DNA of 64,000 bases, from IMG/VR virus record IMGVR_UViG_3300033066_001354; one strand, written 5' to 3'. Source of the stretch: an uncultured virus (IMG/VR IMGVR_UViG_3300033066_001354). Taxonomy: Duplodnaviria > Heunggongvirae > Uroviricota > Caudoviricetes. Shown piece after piece: positions 1 through 9,925 of this stretch. Numbering within the stretch: position 1 is the first letter of the stretch; each line of letters starts with the position of its first letter. The notes below the pieces were generated by a model. It saw nothing but the letters and a program-made list of their open reading frames with translations. It had not been told where the DNA came from and ran no database searches. The position numbers and the translations under genes are program-made.

Positions 1-1
1 G

Positions 2-442
2 CAGTTTCTTAGGAAGTTTCAACTTTTTGTTCAACTTCTCAAAATAGTCCTTGACATATGCGTTAGGGCATTCCAGTGTAAACCCGCTTAATGGGAAGTC
101 TGTGTAAAACTCGATACCAGCGGCTACTTTTGGTTCGTTGTCCACCCACCATTGCGCCCAAAGATAAATCTCCTTTCTGTTGTTAGGTATCTGCCAAGAG
201 GATGCCGTCAACCACGGGGCGTAAAACGAAGGCGGCCCAAGGCTGGTGTTAGCGCCTCCACCAGAAAATTGTCCCATGCGCCTTCTAACGGTGCCGTCAG
301 TCAAACCAGTCCTTAAACTTGGCAATTGCGTGCTTGTACTGACTGCTGAATCGACAGTAGGAATTTTTTTGCCCAACGCCTCGTGCGCGGCAGTACGAAT
401 GGCGTTGTCTAAACTGTCAACCTTTTTATTGTCTCTAGCCAT
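2..442 (-). CDS. Phage portal protein, N-terminal part (runs off the window start)
   Basis: Not in the ORF track; translated by hand from ATG at 442 (SD AGGTGA upstream): MARDNKKVDS...WQIPNNRKEIYLWAQWWVDNEPKVAAGIEFYTDFPLSGFTLEC..., open to the edge. The 'P.VAAGI..YT.FPLS.F' segment resembles jumbo-phage portal N-termini; terminase lies in the same region. Confidence 0.7.
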   Translation of the reverse strand, partial: MARDNKKVDSLDNAIRTAAHEALGKKIPTVDSAVSTSTQLPSLRTGLTDGTVRRRMGQFSGGGANTSLGPPSFYAPWLTASSWQIPNNRKEIYLWAQWWVDNEPKVAAGIEFYTDFPLSGFTLECPNAYVKDYFEKLNKKLKLPKKL

Positions 443-467
443 GTGTCACCTGAAATAGTAATTTGGG

Positions 468-474
468 TTATACA
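468..474 (-). promoter_or_regulatory. TGTATAA -10-type element upstream of the portal gene
   Basis: Same heptamer recurs upstream of several starts in this window (see findings). Confidence 0.45.
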
Positions 475-475
475 A

Positions 476-973
476 CTAAGCCCAGCTTTTATCTGATGGC
501 AAGTCGTTATAGCCGTTCCAACCTTTTCCAGATGCATGTGCGTATTCGCCCCTGATGCGCTCTTCTCCCCTAGACGGTTCTGTGGAAGACATAGACTGAC
601 TTTCGTCGTGATTGACGTTTTGTTGTCTTACAGCCTCAAGCTGCTCTTCCATAGTCGTTTCTTCGGGGTTTTGGTGATATGGAGACATTCTTCTTGCTTC
701 TTCTGCTTCAATGGCAGGCCCGTCGTCAAGAGGGTCGCCGTCAGCAGTGAGCGGAGAATCACCAGGATGAGAGCCCACCGCGTCACTCCTGTTCACCAAA
801 GTGTCCCAGAGCCTTTTTTCATAATCGTCAGTGGGTTCTTGAACCGGGTTACTTGGCAGTCCTTGTTCTGTCGGTGTAGGGGTGTCAGCATGAGCGGACG
901 GTTCCTGTTTTCTTAATTCAACAGGACTCAAAACACCTCCGCCAAAACCTTGCTGCGCCGTTTTATACCACAT
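476..973 (-). CDS. Hypothetical low-complexity protein, putative virion/internal head protein
   Basis: Likely start MWYKTAQ at 973; acidic and Pro-rich; directly upstream of portal; has KTA and E-x-[QR]-L motifs. Confidence 0.6.
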   Translation of the reverse strand: MWYKTAQQGFGGGVLSPVELRKQEPSAHADTPTPTEQGLPSNPVQEPTDDYEKRLWDTLVNRSDAVGSHPGDSPLTADGDPLDDGPAIEAEEARRMSPYHQNPEETTMEEQLEAVRQQNVNHDESQSMSSTEPSRGEERIRGEYAHASGKGWNGYNDLPSDKSWA

Positions 974-980
974 GTGCTTC

Positions 981-2468
981 TTAGTCTTTGTCTTCACGAG
1001 AACTTTCAAGCCATTCTTCCAACAGCATGTCTAGTTCTTCATCAGTCAGTCCGACATGTTCGTCTTCCAACATCTGTTCCCAAGTCATGTCGTCTTTAAC
1101 CGGGTCGTGCCCAGCAGACAATTGGGTGCCAAAAGTATCTTCCGACTTGGGGTCGATTTTGTCATACCCTTTGGAAGCAGTTTTGGAAAGCGTGTGCGCA
1201 ATACTTTCGTCTTCTTTAGGGTCTCCGTGATGACCCAAGTAAGCTTCTGGAGTATCGTTCAAAGCTTCTTCGCGGCTCTTGTCCCAGTTCTTATCGTCAT
1301 AACGACCCTTGGTGTCTTCGTCGAGACGCTGTTCGTAATTCCTTTCGTTCTTGGTCAAAGGTTTAGAACGCTCACCTTTCGCCAGTGTCAACAGAGATTC
1401 GTCGTTTACTGGGTTGCGGTGCGTTTCAAAACGGTTGCGTGCCGCTTCCATGTTGTCGCGCCTTTGTTCAAAGCCGATATAACCGTTCTTGACTTCCCCG
1501 GTGTTAGGGTCAATTTTGGCGTCTACGCTTTGGTCTCTGAATTTCGAAAGTTCAAGAGTTGTCGGGTGTCCTATCTGATGTTTGCCTTGTGGCAGCATGA
1601 TAAGAGTGCCATTCTGTGTCTCTAGATTGGTATAAGCAGTCCTGACCATTTGCTCTGGCACGTATTGAGAAAAGACTCCTCGAACCCGATACCCAGCAGC
1701 GTCAAAGTGTTGTGCCGTTCCTTGCAAGACGGCATCTTTGGCTTTCATCAATTCAGCCTGCTCTTTACTTGACGCAGTTTTTACATACGTGTCGATTTTT
1801 TTCACGGCCAAAAGTTGATGCTTGGCTCCCAAGCCCGCCGCCGCTGCATTGATGTGTTCAAAAATCTCTTTCAACGCGTTAGCTTTGTTGGCGATGCGAA
1901 TTTGATTGAGCCTGTGGTACATTTCGGACAGCTTTACAAGAGCCTGCTTTCGGTCACTGATGCGCAGAATTTTAATCATTCCGCCGCAACCACCCATGTC
2001 GTTTTTGAAAGTGTTCACAACTGGGTCAGCATCGTTAAAGTCGTTGTCGTTCAAAACTTCCATTGAAAACGGGGCAACATTGTCGCCACCCAGGGCTTCA
2101 GAAATATCTGGAAACTTCAACGCTTCGTCGCATGACTTTTGTTGCTCTCCGCCACATCCGTCTACAGGTAGGTGCGGCATGGTGGCAGCTAGCTCAGGCG
2201 AGAATTCCTCGACTGTTTCTTTTAAGCCCTTTGGCTCGTCATCGTCTTTGGCAAACTCCACAACATCTTCGTCACTTTTGTCCTCAGACTTTAGTTCTTC
2301 GCTTACGCTTTGCAAAATGTCAGTAATTCGACCGACAGTATCATGGATAAGTTGCAACAAACCCTCGCCACCAATCAAAGGAGATGAAGATTCTTCTTTC
2401 TCTGTTTTTTCTTTTGTCTCTTTGTCTTTCGTTTCAGAAACATCAGTCTGTTCTTTCTTGTCTTCCAT
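981..2468 (-). CDS. Hypothetical acidic protein, putative head-associated
   Basis: Long ORF; likely start MEDKKEQ at 2468 with GGAGA SD; repeated KTA/RTA and E-Q-x-L motifs. Confidence 0.6.
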   Translation of the reverse strand: MEDKKEQTDVSETKDKETKEKTEKEESSSPLIGGEGLLQLIHDTVGRITDILQSVSEELKSEDKSDEDVVEFAKDDDEPKGLKETVEEFSPELAATMPHLPVDGCGGEQQKSCDEALKFPDISEALGGDNVAPFSMEVLNDNDFNDADPVVNTFKNDMGGCGGMIKILRISDRKQALVKLSEMYHRLNQIRIANKANALKEIFEHINAAAAGLGAKHQLLAVKKIDTYVKTASSKEQAELMKAKDAVLQGTAQHFDAAGYRVRGVFSQYVPEQMVRTAYTNLETQNGTLIMLPQGKHQIGHPTTLELSKFRDQSVDAKIDPNTGEVKNGYIGFEQRRDNMEAARNRFETHRNPVNDESLLTLAKGERSKPLTKNERNYEQRLDEDTKGRYDDKNWDKSREEALNDTPEAYLGHHGDPKEDESIAHTLSKTASKGYDKIDPKSEDTFGTQLSAGHDPVKDDMTWEQMLEDEHVGLTDEELDMLLEEWLESSREDKD

Positions 2469-2469
2469 A

Positions 2470-3507
2470 TTAAGCTCTCCTTCGCAGGTTTTCGAACAAT
2501 TCATCGCCGTCAAAACCTCGGTCTGTCAACGCCTTTTTAATGTCTTTGAGTTGTGCCGTGACACCTTTTTTACTTGCTGCTTTTCTGCCGTCACCCTGTC
2601 GAGTGTTCTCGTCATAGTTCTGCAAAGACATCAACCATGTGGCACGCATGATTAGTTCAGCCGTCGAACGTTTGCTCCATTCTGATTGGATGCCGTATAT
2701 CCCGTCCAACTCCAAAGAAGTCTGCGCGTATCTCTTAAGGTTAAAACTGTGATTAGCCACAACTTCTTCTTTCTGCACGCCAGCTTCTTTTTCTTGCATT
2801 TCTGAATCGTCTTTTAGTTTTTTATCGCCTCGGTGTTTTTTCTTGTTGTAATCGCGCACCAAGTTGACAGCTTTTTCCACAGTCTCTTCGTTCCAATGCC
2901 CTTCTTTTATCAAGAATCTTACAATGTCGCGCTTGGAAATACCGTGGTCGAGCAACTTACCGACCTTACCCATCAAAACCTTAAACGGATTACCGCGAGA
3001 GTCTCGTTTCTTCTTTTTGGCTTTTTGTTTAGCCTCGCGAAGATTAAAGCTTGTCGTAGCAGCTTGCGACTCTTGACCCTGTGTTTTCTGTTCCTTTTCC
3101 ATTGCATCAATCTCCATAACTAAGTTTTTCGCCAATTGCGAAGCCGTAGGGTCTTTAAACCCTGTTTGCGGGTCTGTCGTCTGTTGTCTTATGTCGTTGT
3201 TCTTTTCAAGTGCCTGCATCAATTTACCGACTTGTGTCTTGACATAATCGTTAGTAAGACGGGTGTACAAGTCTTCGAGCATAGGCTTGAATTCGACAGC
3301 CTTCGCACCAGCAGCAGAAATTTGGTTCAGCACCTTTTTCGCCTCTTCTGCCGGGACTCCGCCAGAAGACGCTGGGGATGCGTTACCGACTGCACCACCA
3401 GCGTCCATTCCACCTTGCATCTGAATATTGTTGACACCGCTTGCGGGATTAGAGGCGTCTATCGGTTGCAAAGGCGTAGCCTGCGCTTTGACGAAGTTAT
3501 ATGGCAT
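2470..3507 (-). CDS. Hypothetical protein, putative head-associated
   Basis: 345-aa ORF with AAGGTG SD, tightly packed; two SFNL[RK] motifs. Confidence 0.6.
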   Translation of the reverse strand: MPYNFVKAQATPLQPIDASNPASGVNNIQMQGGMDAGGAVGNASPASSGGVPAEEAKKVLNQISAAGAKAVEFKPMLEDLYTRLTNDYVKTQVGKLMQALEKNNDIRQQTTDPQTGFKDPTASQLAKNLVMEIDAMEKEQKTQGQESQAATTSFNLREAKQKAKKKKRDSRGNPFKVLMGKVGKLLDHGISKRDIVRFLIKEGHWNEETVEKAVNLVRDYNKKKHRGDKKLKDDSEMQEKEAGVQKEEVVANHSFNLKRYAQTSLELDGIYGIQSEWSKRSTAELIMRATWLMSLQNYDENTRQGDGRKAASKKGVTAQLKDIKKALTDRGFDGDELFENLRRRA

Positions 3508-3518
3508 GTTTCAACACC

Positions 3519-4415
3519 TTAACGTCGTCGCAAGTCGTCAGACAAGTTTATTTCGTTTTCGTCATCCTCAGCGTACCGCTTGACATACTTGTCAACCCAG
3601 TCAGCAGTTTGGTCTTGGAACCTTGAAGCATGAATAGCTCTTTGAGCGTGCTCTTCCCAGCTTTCTCGTTTTTCTTCTGGGCTGTAGCCTCTTCGCTTCA
3701 ATTCAAGACGAGACTCCCTAGCTTCTTTCATCCTTCGCATTCTCTCAGTTTCTTGAGAAACTATCGACTCGTAGTTGGTGTTGCCGAAAGAAGTTTCTGT
3801 GACATACTCGTTGTTGAAAGAATTTCGAACGACTGCGCCAGCACGGTCAAGGACGTTTCCTCTGCCCATCAATTCTCGGCGGGACGCTTTCTTCTCCCAC
3901 CTGTTGTGTCGGTCGGTTCGTGCAGCGCGTCGTTTTTCGGTGTCTTGGAAATGCCTGTCGTATTCGTGCATTGTTTCGTCACAAATTCTTGCCACTTCGT
4001 CAAAGTCAGGATTCCACATTGATGCGCCGCGACGAATCAAGTCTAAAGCGTCTGCCTGTGTGACAAAAAGTTGATTGTTGGCAGAACGAGTGTTGACACC
4101 AGCGTCGTAACCAGTGTCAAGACGACGCACAGAGCCCGGATTAAGGTCTGCCGCGCTAAAGCGTGACAACTCATCGTCCAATTCTCGCATCATGCTTGGG
4201 TGCGAGTATTCAGACTGATGCTCGTGACGCTCCCAGTCATAAGGTTGGACAGTCGCTGTCCTACGCGCTCCCATCTCCTGGGACGCGATTTTCATTTGTC
4301 GTTCTTGCTGCCCTTGGCGCAATTCCTTGTAAGGGTCGTCCTCTACATTGGAGAACTTTTCCTCAATATAGTTGGGGACACTTTGTGTGTCTGCTACTCT
4401 TCTAAATTTACTCAT
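3519..4415 (-). CDS. Hypothetical charged protein
   Basis: 298-aa ORF in the operon; AGGA SD; overlaps the upstream gene's stop. Confidence 0.6.
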   Translation of the reverse strand: MSKFRRVADTQSVPNYIEEKFSNVEDDPYKELRQGQQERQMKIASQEMGARRTATVQPYDWERHEHQSEYSHPSMMRELDDELSRFSAADLNPGSVRRLDTGYDAGVNTRSANNQLFVTQADALDLIRRGASMWNPDFDEVARICDETMHEYDRHFQDTEKRRAARTDRHNRWEKKASRRELMGRGNVLDRAGAVVRNSFNNEYVTETSFGNTNYESIVSQETERMRRMKEARESRLELKRRGYSPEEKRESWEEHAQRAIHASRFQDQTADWVDKYVKRYAEDDENEINLSDDLRRR

Positions 4416-4635
4416 TTTCCTGACTCCCGCTCTTGTTGGTTTTCCACAATTGTGGGTTGATTATACTGCTGGTCGAAAAATTCGGTAAATGTTTCGTGTT
4501 GAAACCAGCAACATTGTTGTTTGTCGTGTTTCCGATTTTATGCTGACGCTCTTTTGGTTGCGCCAATAAACGCTCAAGCCTTTCAACGTAAGACTCTAAG
4601 CTACGGGTGTCTTCTCTTCGAATTTGGTCTTTCAT
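4408..4635 (-). CDS. Small hypothetical protein
   Basis: 75-aa ORF with GAGGG SD, filling the operon gap. Confidence 0.5.
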   Translation of the reverse strand: MKDQIRREDTRSLESYVERLERLLAQPKERQHKIGNTTNNNVAGFNTKHLPNFSTSSIINPQLWKTNKSGSQENE

Positions 4636-4647
4636 TCTGCCCTCTGT

Positions 4648-4669
4648 CTGCCCCGGTTGCCCGGGGCAG
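4648..4669 (-). other. GC-rich hairpin with GCAA tetraloop, no U-tract
   Basis: CTGCCCCGG-GCAA-CCGGGGCAG on the minus strand; perfect 9-bp stem in an intergenic gap. Confidence 0.6.
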
Positions 4670-4690
4670 TAGAATACAACTTTTCAAAGA

Positions 4691-5656
4691 TTAGCCGTTA
4701 TACTTGGTGGTGAACAAGTCGTCAATCCACTCTTCGTCACCGTAACCAAGTTCGTCCTTCCAATACTTTTTCAGCCGAGCGATGTTCTCGTTGTCCAAAA
4801 CAGCGGTTTTGACAAGTCCGCCAATAGCGACTTTCTTAGTCTCAGGATTCAAAGTGGAAGCCATGATATCGCGGATACTGTCCTCGACAGAAGCCTCGAC
4901 ATTGTTTTCCTCGACACTGAACATGCTGTTGACATATTCTTCTGGAAGTCCTTTGGACAGAGCGACTTTGCGGAAGTATTTGCGCTCGTCGTCAGTCATG
5001 GACTTGACAGTTTTGAAGATTGGTTCTTCGTCAGACACGCTGGCGATAGCCTGTTTTGTCTGCTCTGCGTTTTTCACGACAGTCATTCGGAAGGCGCTGC
5101 GCTTTGCAGTCGTTGCGGCTTCTCGTTTCAAAGCTTCTTCGCTCAATTCGACAAGCTTCTGCGCTTCTCGTGTGCGAACGTCGCTTCGCGCCGACAAAAT
5201 AGCTTTGTACAATTCTTCGTCACCAGCTTCTTTTGCTGCGCGGGCTGCTTCAACGGTGAGTTGAGAAGCCTCGGTGAAACGAATGCGGCGTCGTCGGGCT
5301 TCTGCTTTTTTGCCCTCAACCACGTCTTTGTCCTCATCTTCGTCTTCGCCTTCCTTTTCTTCAGGGGCGTCTTTAGCTTTGAACATGTGCTCTTTGAAAG
5401 CCTCTGGGATGGCCTTTTTGGCTTCGCGCTCTAGACCTTCCTCATCGTCTTCCTCACTTGTAACGATGTCCAACTTCATTTGGGCAATCTTTTCAAGCAA
5501 GTCAGGGGACAAAGTAGATTTTTTGGAATCGTCTTGTGTTTCGGCCAATTTGTTCATGACCGTTTCAATGTCGATACCATTGAATTCCAATTTGCTGCCA
5601 AGCTGTTCTTGGGCGCTTGTGGGAAAAATTCTTTCTGGCATGTTGTATTCCTCCAC
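4691..5656 (-). CDS. Hypothetical helical protein, possibly scaffold-like
   Basis: 321-aa charged, helical ORF with an acidic linker in the head region; function inferred from context only. Confidence 0.55.
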   Translation of the reverse strand: MEEYNMPERIFPTSAQEQLGSKLEFNGIDIETVMNKLAETQDDSKKSTLSPDLLEKIAQMKLDIVTSEEDDEEGLEREAKKAIPEAFKEHMFKAKDAPEEKEGEDEDEDKDVVEGKKAEARRRRIRFTEASQLTVEAARAAKEAGDEELYKAILSARSDVRTREAQKLVELSEEALKREAATTAKRSAFRMTVVKNAEQTKQAIASVSDEEPIFKTVKSMTDDERKYFRKVALSKGLPEEYVNSMFSVEENNVEASVEDSIRDIMASTLNPETKKVAIGGLVKTAVLDNENIARLKKYWKDELGYGDEEWIDDLFTTKYNG

Positions 5657-5733
5657 TCTGGCACAACGTGGCGCAAAGTGTTACAACAATACTTTTTGAA
5701 AAAGTTTTCGTAGAACCTTTACTTTTCAAAAAA

Positions 5734-6108
5734 TTAAGATGTTTTTACAGACTTGAGTCTATTGGCGCTTGAATCGAACATTAAATAGTCGCCAGTTTTG
5801 ATTCCCAGCCTGTCGAAAATACCACCGCTGGCTTCGACGACATATTTGGCAGACCTGTCCGGGGAAACGACTTCGTGCGACTCTGGCTCCAAATCTTTGA
5901 TGTCAACGATTTGCTGGTTTTCGTTGAGAAATGCCAAACTCAACTTGAAGGACACGTTTTTGTTCCAGAAACCATAACGGTCGCTGTGTGGAAAGATGAA
6001 AAGAGCAGCCTCGTCTTCCGCAAGCGGACTAGCGAACATGAGCCCCTTAGCGCGAGACTCATTGTTGTTCGCCACAAACCTCACTTTAAACTCAGGGTGT
6101 TCAGTCAT
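5734..6108 (-). CDS. DUF192 family protein
   Basis: Signature R.KGLMF...ALFIF...FWNKNV.F.L..AFL...IVD...YVVEA.GG. Confidence 0.85.
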   Translation of the reverse strand: MTEHPEFKVRFVANNNESRAKGLMFASPLAEDEAALFIFPHSDRYGFWNKNVSFKLSLAFLNENQQIVDIKDLEPESHEVVSPDRSAKYVVEASGGIFDRLGIKTGDYLMFDSSANRLKSVKTS

Positions 6109-8518
6109 AGCACAATTCTTTAATCACGTCAGTAATGGCGTCAGCTTGTTCGTGCTCACCAAGTTCGTCCATGCGATTAGCCAGCCTCACGAGCGTTTGA
6201 ACGACCTCGGATGTGACCGGGTTGTCAATAGGTGGTTTTATCTTGCCCAGGCTTTTGAAATCTTTGGGATTGTCAGAAATTTCATACCAATCGCTGGTGT
6301 TCCACGCCGGATTACGATACTGATTGTACGTTGCGCTGGGATATGTGCTTTCTATAGCAGCCTCATCTCCCTTTTGATTTTTGATTTTCTGCAACGCCTT
6401 CATCCGCCCGATACGCCACAATTCCCTAGCCATTATGTCTTTATATCTTTGCCCTTCTTTGTCAGGAGACATAGGATATCTGGGTTCAAATTTCTTGTTT
6501 TTCATACTGTTGTCCCGATAACGAGAAATAAACATTGGACGATATCCGAAAGAGTATTGGTCGTCGTAAACCTGTTGAGCTATATCACTTCTCTGCTGGT
6601 CAGACAATTCTTCCCAAGGCGCATCATTATACTTTTCTTTTCGAACGGCATCGTATGATGAAGCTCGCACCATGTGGTCGAAATATTCGTAAAGTGTTCT
6701 AAACTTATTAACATCTGTACTGCCGTAACTAGATTTTTCATTTTTTATGAGGTCTTCTAATTGTTTTTGCATGAAGTTTTCGGGTGAGCCATACATTGCT
6801 CGATTTTCTTCTTTTGCAAAGTGAGAGGTCTTTATCAGAGGATTGGTGGCAATTTCGTTGTTAACAAAAACGCGAAACTTGTCCATTGCTCGGCGCAATT
6901 CTGAAGCACCGCTGATGGTTACTTCGGAGTCATATGCCTTGTCCATAGCCGCTTGGTCTCGAACATACAAGAGACCCTTAGTGATGATGTCGGCGTACAG
7001 AGCTTCAGTCGATACATTTTGCAAATTGCCATTTTGTAACGCCTCTAAGTCATTCAGATTGTGAATATGCTTGGAAATGGTTCTTGCACTGTATAGTCCG
7101 CTGCTTTTGTCTGCCAATTCTTTTTTGTCACTTGGGTACGACATCGTTCGATAGAGCGATGGTCGCACTTTTTCTCTTAAAGTCCGATGCTGTTCTTCAA
7201 GTAATGCCGCATGTTCTGGGCTGAGTAGCTCCCTTCCACCTCTGGCTTTGCTTCGTGTTTCAAAAACAGGTTGTGAAACACCCTGGGGTACCATTTCCTT
7301 CTGTGGATTGTCAGTTGCAGGTTTAATGGTCAAAGAGTTTTGAATATCTTGCGCCGCCTTGGATTTCTCAAAATCTGGGTCAATCAGGGTCTTTCCGGTA
7401 TTGGCATCATACTTTATAAGTTCTTGCAACTTTGTGTAAGTCGCGTTAAACATCTTAATATCATTGCCCTTTTGATTCTGATTATTTTTCACCATCTGTT
7501 TGAGTTTTTCAATCAGAGCAGGAGCTTTTTTGACAATATTTTGGTCAGGATTAGGGCGGGACAAATCCCACATCAACTCTCGGTGATATTCAGTGATTTC
7601 TTGAATATTTGCATCGTATTTGTCAATTTGGTTGCCAAGAGATTCAAGTTCTTGTATTTTGGTCACAACTTCATTGTTCTCACTCTTTAAGTGTTGCAAC
7701 AAAGCATTGGTCTTTAGCTTAAGAGCAGGCTCGTCTGCGTTTTTTAACTGAATCTCTACGTCTCTGATGTAATTGGAAAAAGCAGTAAATAATTGGGAGG
7801 CTTTTTCTCTATAACTACTGATTTCTTCAAATTCGTTAGTCCCGGAATCATCGGGAAGCATTTCTTCGATTTGAGTATCATTGTTGTCGCCAATAGTTTG
7901 ATTCGTGCTGACTTCAGAATTTTGTAGTTTTGCATCTTGATAAGCCAATTTTTTGGTTGTAGCAAGTAAGCCTCCCTCAATCCAATTCATAAGCGAACCC
8001 TTCGAAGAATCGAATTGCGCCAACGTGTTTACAATAGACGCGGTGTCTTTGTCTTCAAAAAAGTTTTGTAAAGCACTCATGGCGATGTCTGAAGCCACAG
8101 ACTCACTAACAGGAGGCGCTCCTCCATAGCCTTTTATAAGCGCTCTTTCAAGTTTGGGCAAGTAGTTTGAGTAAAGATTTGTCAATATCCACTCGCGATA
8201 ACCCCCTTTTGTGTTTAAAAGCTGTGAAATAGCATTTCGTTGTTCTTGCGGCTCAGGGAAGCGCATTTTGATGCGTGATAGTTCATCTGCCAATCTGCCA
8301 ACCAAAACTTCATTACTACCCTCCAGTGCTGGACTTGCGGTAGCCTGCGCGATTCTGGTTTGAAGCAGGTTGATGGAAGCTGTGACTTGTCGCCCCGAGG
8401 ATACAAGTGCGCTGTGCAACTCTTTTTGCATCGACCAGATTTTAGCATACACATCCAAGAGCCCTTGTGTCTCTGGGTCTATCTCGGGTCTATATTCGCT
8501 CAATCGCACAAACTTCAT
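6101..8518 (-). CDS. Large hypothetical protein with a sigma-70 region 2/3-like segment and a C-terminal LD..G..E.AD motif
   Basis: 805-aa ORF, GGAGA SD; contains FDSSKGSLMNW...VSTNQTIGDNNDTQIEEMLPD; ends LVRLANRMDELGEHEQADAITDVI. Confidence 0.6.
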   Translation of the reverse strand: MKFVRLSEYRPEIDPETQGLLDVYAKIWSMQKELHSALVSSGRQVTASINLLQTRIAQATASPALEGSNEVLVGRLADELSRIKMRFPEPQEQRNAISQLLNTKGGYREWILTNLYSNYLPKLERALIKGYGGAPPVSESVASDIAMSALQNFFEDKDTASIVNTLAQFDSSKGSLMNWIEGGLLATTKKLAYQDAKLQNSEVSTNQTIGDNNDTQIEEMLPDDSGTNEFEEISSYREKASQLFTAFSNYIRDVEIQLKNADEPALKLKTNALLQHLKSENNEVVTKIQELESLGNQIDKYDANIQEITEYHRELMWDLSRPNPDQNIVKKAPALIEKLKQMVKNNQNQKGNDIKMFNATYTKLQELIKYDANTGKTLIDPDFEKSKAAQDIQNSLTIKPATDNPQKEMVPQGVSQPVFETRSKARGGRELLSPEHAALLEEQHRTLREKVRPSLYRTMSYPSDKKELADKSSGLYSARTISKHIHNLNDLEALQNGNLQNVSTEALYADIITKGLLYVRDQAAMDKAYDSEVTISGASELRRAMDKFRVFVNNEIATNPLIKTSHFAKEENRAMYGSPENFMQKQLEDLIKNEKSSYGSTDVNKFRTLYEYFDHMVRASSYDAVRKEKYNDAPWEELSDQQRSDIAQQVYDDQYSFGYRPMFISRYRDNSMKNKKFEPRYPMSPDKEGQRYKDIMARELWRIGRMKALQKIKNQKGDEAAIESTYPSATYNQYRNPAWNTSDWYEISDNPKDFKSLGKIKPPIDNPVTSEVVQTLVRLANRMDELGEHEQADAITDVIKELCYD

Positions 8519-8535
8519 CGGTGTCTCTCCATCAA

Positions 8536-9345
8536 TCAGCCACGTTTCATCGTGGCCAAATCAGCGTTCATTTTATTTATTCTGCTTGTAATGGCGTCAG
8601 CCTGCTCGTATTCGCCATTATTGTCGTGTTTCTGAGCCATGCACAAAAGCTCTGACACCTTTTCTTCAATTTGTCGTCTCATCTGTCGAATCGGCTGACC
8701 AGACAGCCCATAGTCCTTCCATTCTTGGGCAGTCGGTTTTGCGCCGTATTTGGCGGACATGCGTTTGGTCTTTTTTTGCTCGTACTCTTGCTCAATCCAA
8801 CTTAATTTCACGTCTCTGTCTGCGTATCGAAGCGGCTTGTACTCGTTCTTGTTGCGCGGCGAACAGGTGACAAAAGCGCGTTTGTCGTTGTGAGCGTACA
8901 ATCTGCGGTAGACTCGTTCTGGGACTGACAGTTTTCTCCAGTCGTCGAACAGCGGGCTTCGCTCTTCTTGTTCCATGATTGCGGCGCGAATGCCGAACCC
9001 GACCTGTTGCACCCAGTTGTGTATTTTTCGCAAGTCCTTTTCAGACAACTCAGGAGACCCGCCGTGTTTGTTGTATAGAGCGGGCAAATCCGCTAGTCTT
9101 GGTTGACAACCATTGGCGTCCCCATCTTCGTACTCACCAATGGTTTTAATCATTGCCACTAAATTGTCTAGCCCGTTTCCGTGTTTTTCACTGTTCGACA
9201 AGAACACTGGCGGTAGTTTAATCAAGTTCTTAGTGTATCTGCGAGAGTTTGGGTGAGACTTGCTCCACTGTGCCAACTCGTGCATGATTTTGGCGATTTC
9301 CTCTGCCTGCGCAGACAAATACACTTCGGCGGTCATACTTGCCAT
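8536..9345 (-). CDS. Hypothetical protein with C-terminal D..G.YEQADAI motif
   Basis: 269-aa ORF with AGGAG SD. Confidence 0.6.
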   Translation of the reverse strand: MASMTAEVYLSAQAEEIAKIMHELAQWSKSHPNSRRYTKNLIKLPPVFLSNSEKHGNGLDNLVAMIKTIGEYEDGDANGCQPRLADLPALYNKHGGSPELSEKDLRKIHNWVQQVGFGIRAAIMEQEERSPLFDDWRKLSVPERVYRRLYAHNDKRAFVTCSPRNKNEYKPLRYADRDVKLSWIEQEYEQKKTKRMSAKYGAKPTAQEWKDYGLSGQPIRQMRRQIEEKVSELLCMAQKHDNNGEYEQADAITSRINKMNADLATMKRG

Positions 9346-9347
9346 GC

Positions 9348-9872
9348 TTACTCCTGTGGCAAAATCACTTTACGTCGGCGTTCAGCCGTTCTGACAAATT
9401 TATCATTCTGCGAAGCTGTCTTCATTGGATGGTCGAAACCGTCCTTCGTCTTCTGCGACTTAAGTTTGTTCTCAGACTGTAACCACTTTTCTCTCAAAGC
9501 GACTTTTGCTCTGTCGGTGAAAGCCACCACTCTGCCACCGCCGACGACCAAACCTTGTGTCTTCAGCCCGATTAACTCAGTGTCTGAAACGCTGGAAGGC
9601 ACTCTGTAGTACACTTGCCCGCTTCTACCGCTTGTTGCCAAAGAATGCGCCACGGTGATAAGCTCTTCTTCTTCCTTAGAAATAGCTTCTAAATGGTCGA
9701 TGATTTTGTCTGAGTATTTGTTAGCGGCGACTTTTTGATTCGGTTCATTGCCTAAAAACTGTTGCTGAACCGTGCTAAGAGAACCAGCCAGATAATCGTA
9801 ATCGTCCGATTTTCTGTTGAAAAGTGAATCTAAATTACTAAGCTGATGAATTGGAATGATTGGTTGTGGCAT
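9348..9872 (-). CDS. Hypothetical protein with a winged-helix-like C-terminal segment
   Basis: Likely start MPQPII at 9872 (GAGG SD); ELIGLKTQGLV..GGRVVAFTDRAK resembles a wHTH recognition helix plus wing. Confidence 0.5.
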   Translation of the reverse strand: MPQPIIPIHQLSNLDSLFNRKSDDYDYLAGSLSTVQQQFLGNEPNQKVAANKYSDKIIDHLEAISKEEEELITVAHSLATSGRSGQVYYRVPSSVSDTELIGLKTQGLVVGGGRVVAFTDRAKVALREKWLQSENKLKSQKTKDGFDHPMKTASQNDKFVRTAERRRKVILPQE

Positions 9873-9889
9873 GTCTTCCTCTTTGCTAT

Positions 9890-9916
9890 TTTCTATTGAT
9901 GTACAAGTGTTTCCTT
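9890..9916 (-). promoter_or_regulatory. SigH-type promoter AAGGAA-N17-GAAA
   Basis: Matches the sigma-H AGGA...GAAT architecture; same spacing recurs at four other intergenic sites. Confidence 0.6.
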
Positions 9917-9925
9917 TTTTGAAAA

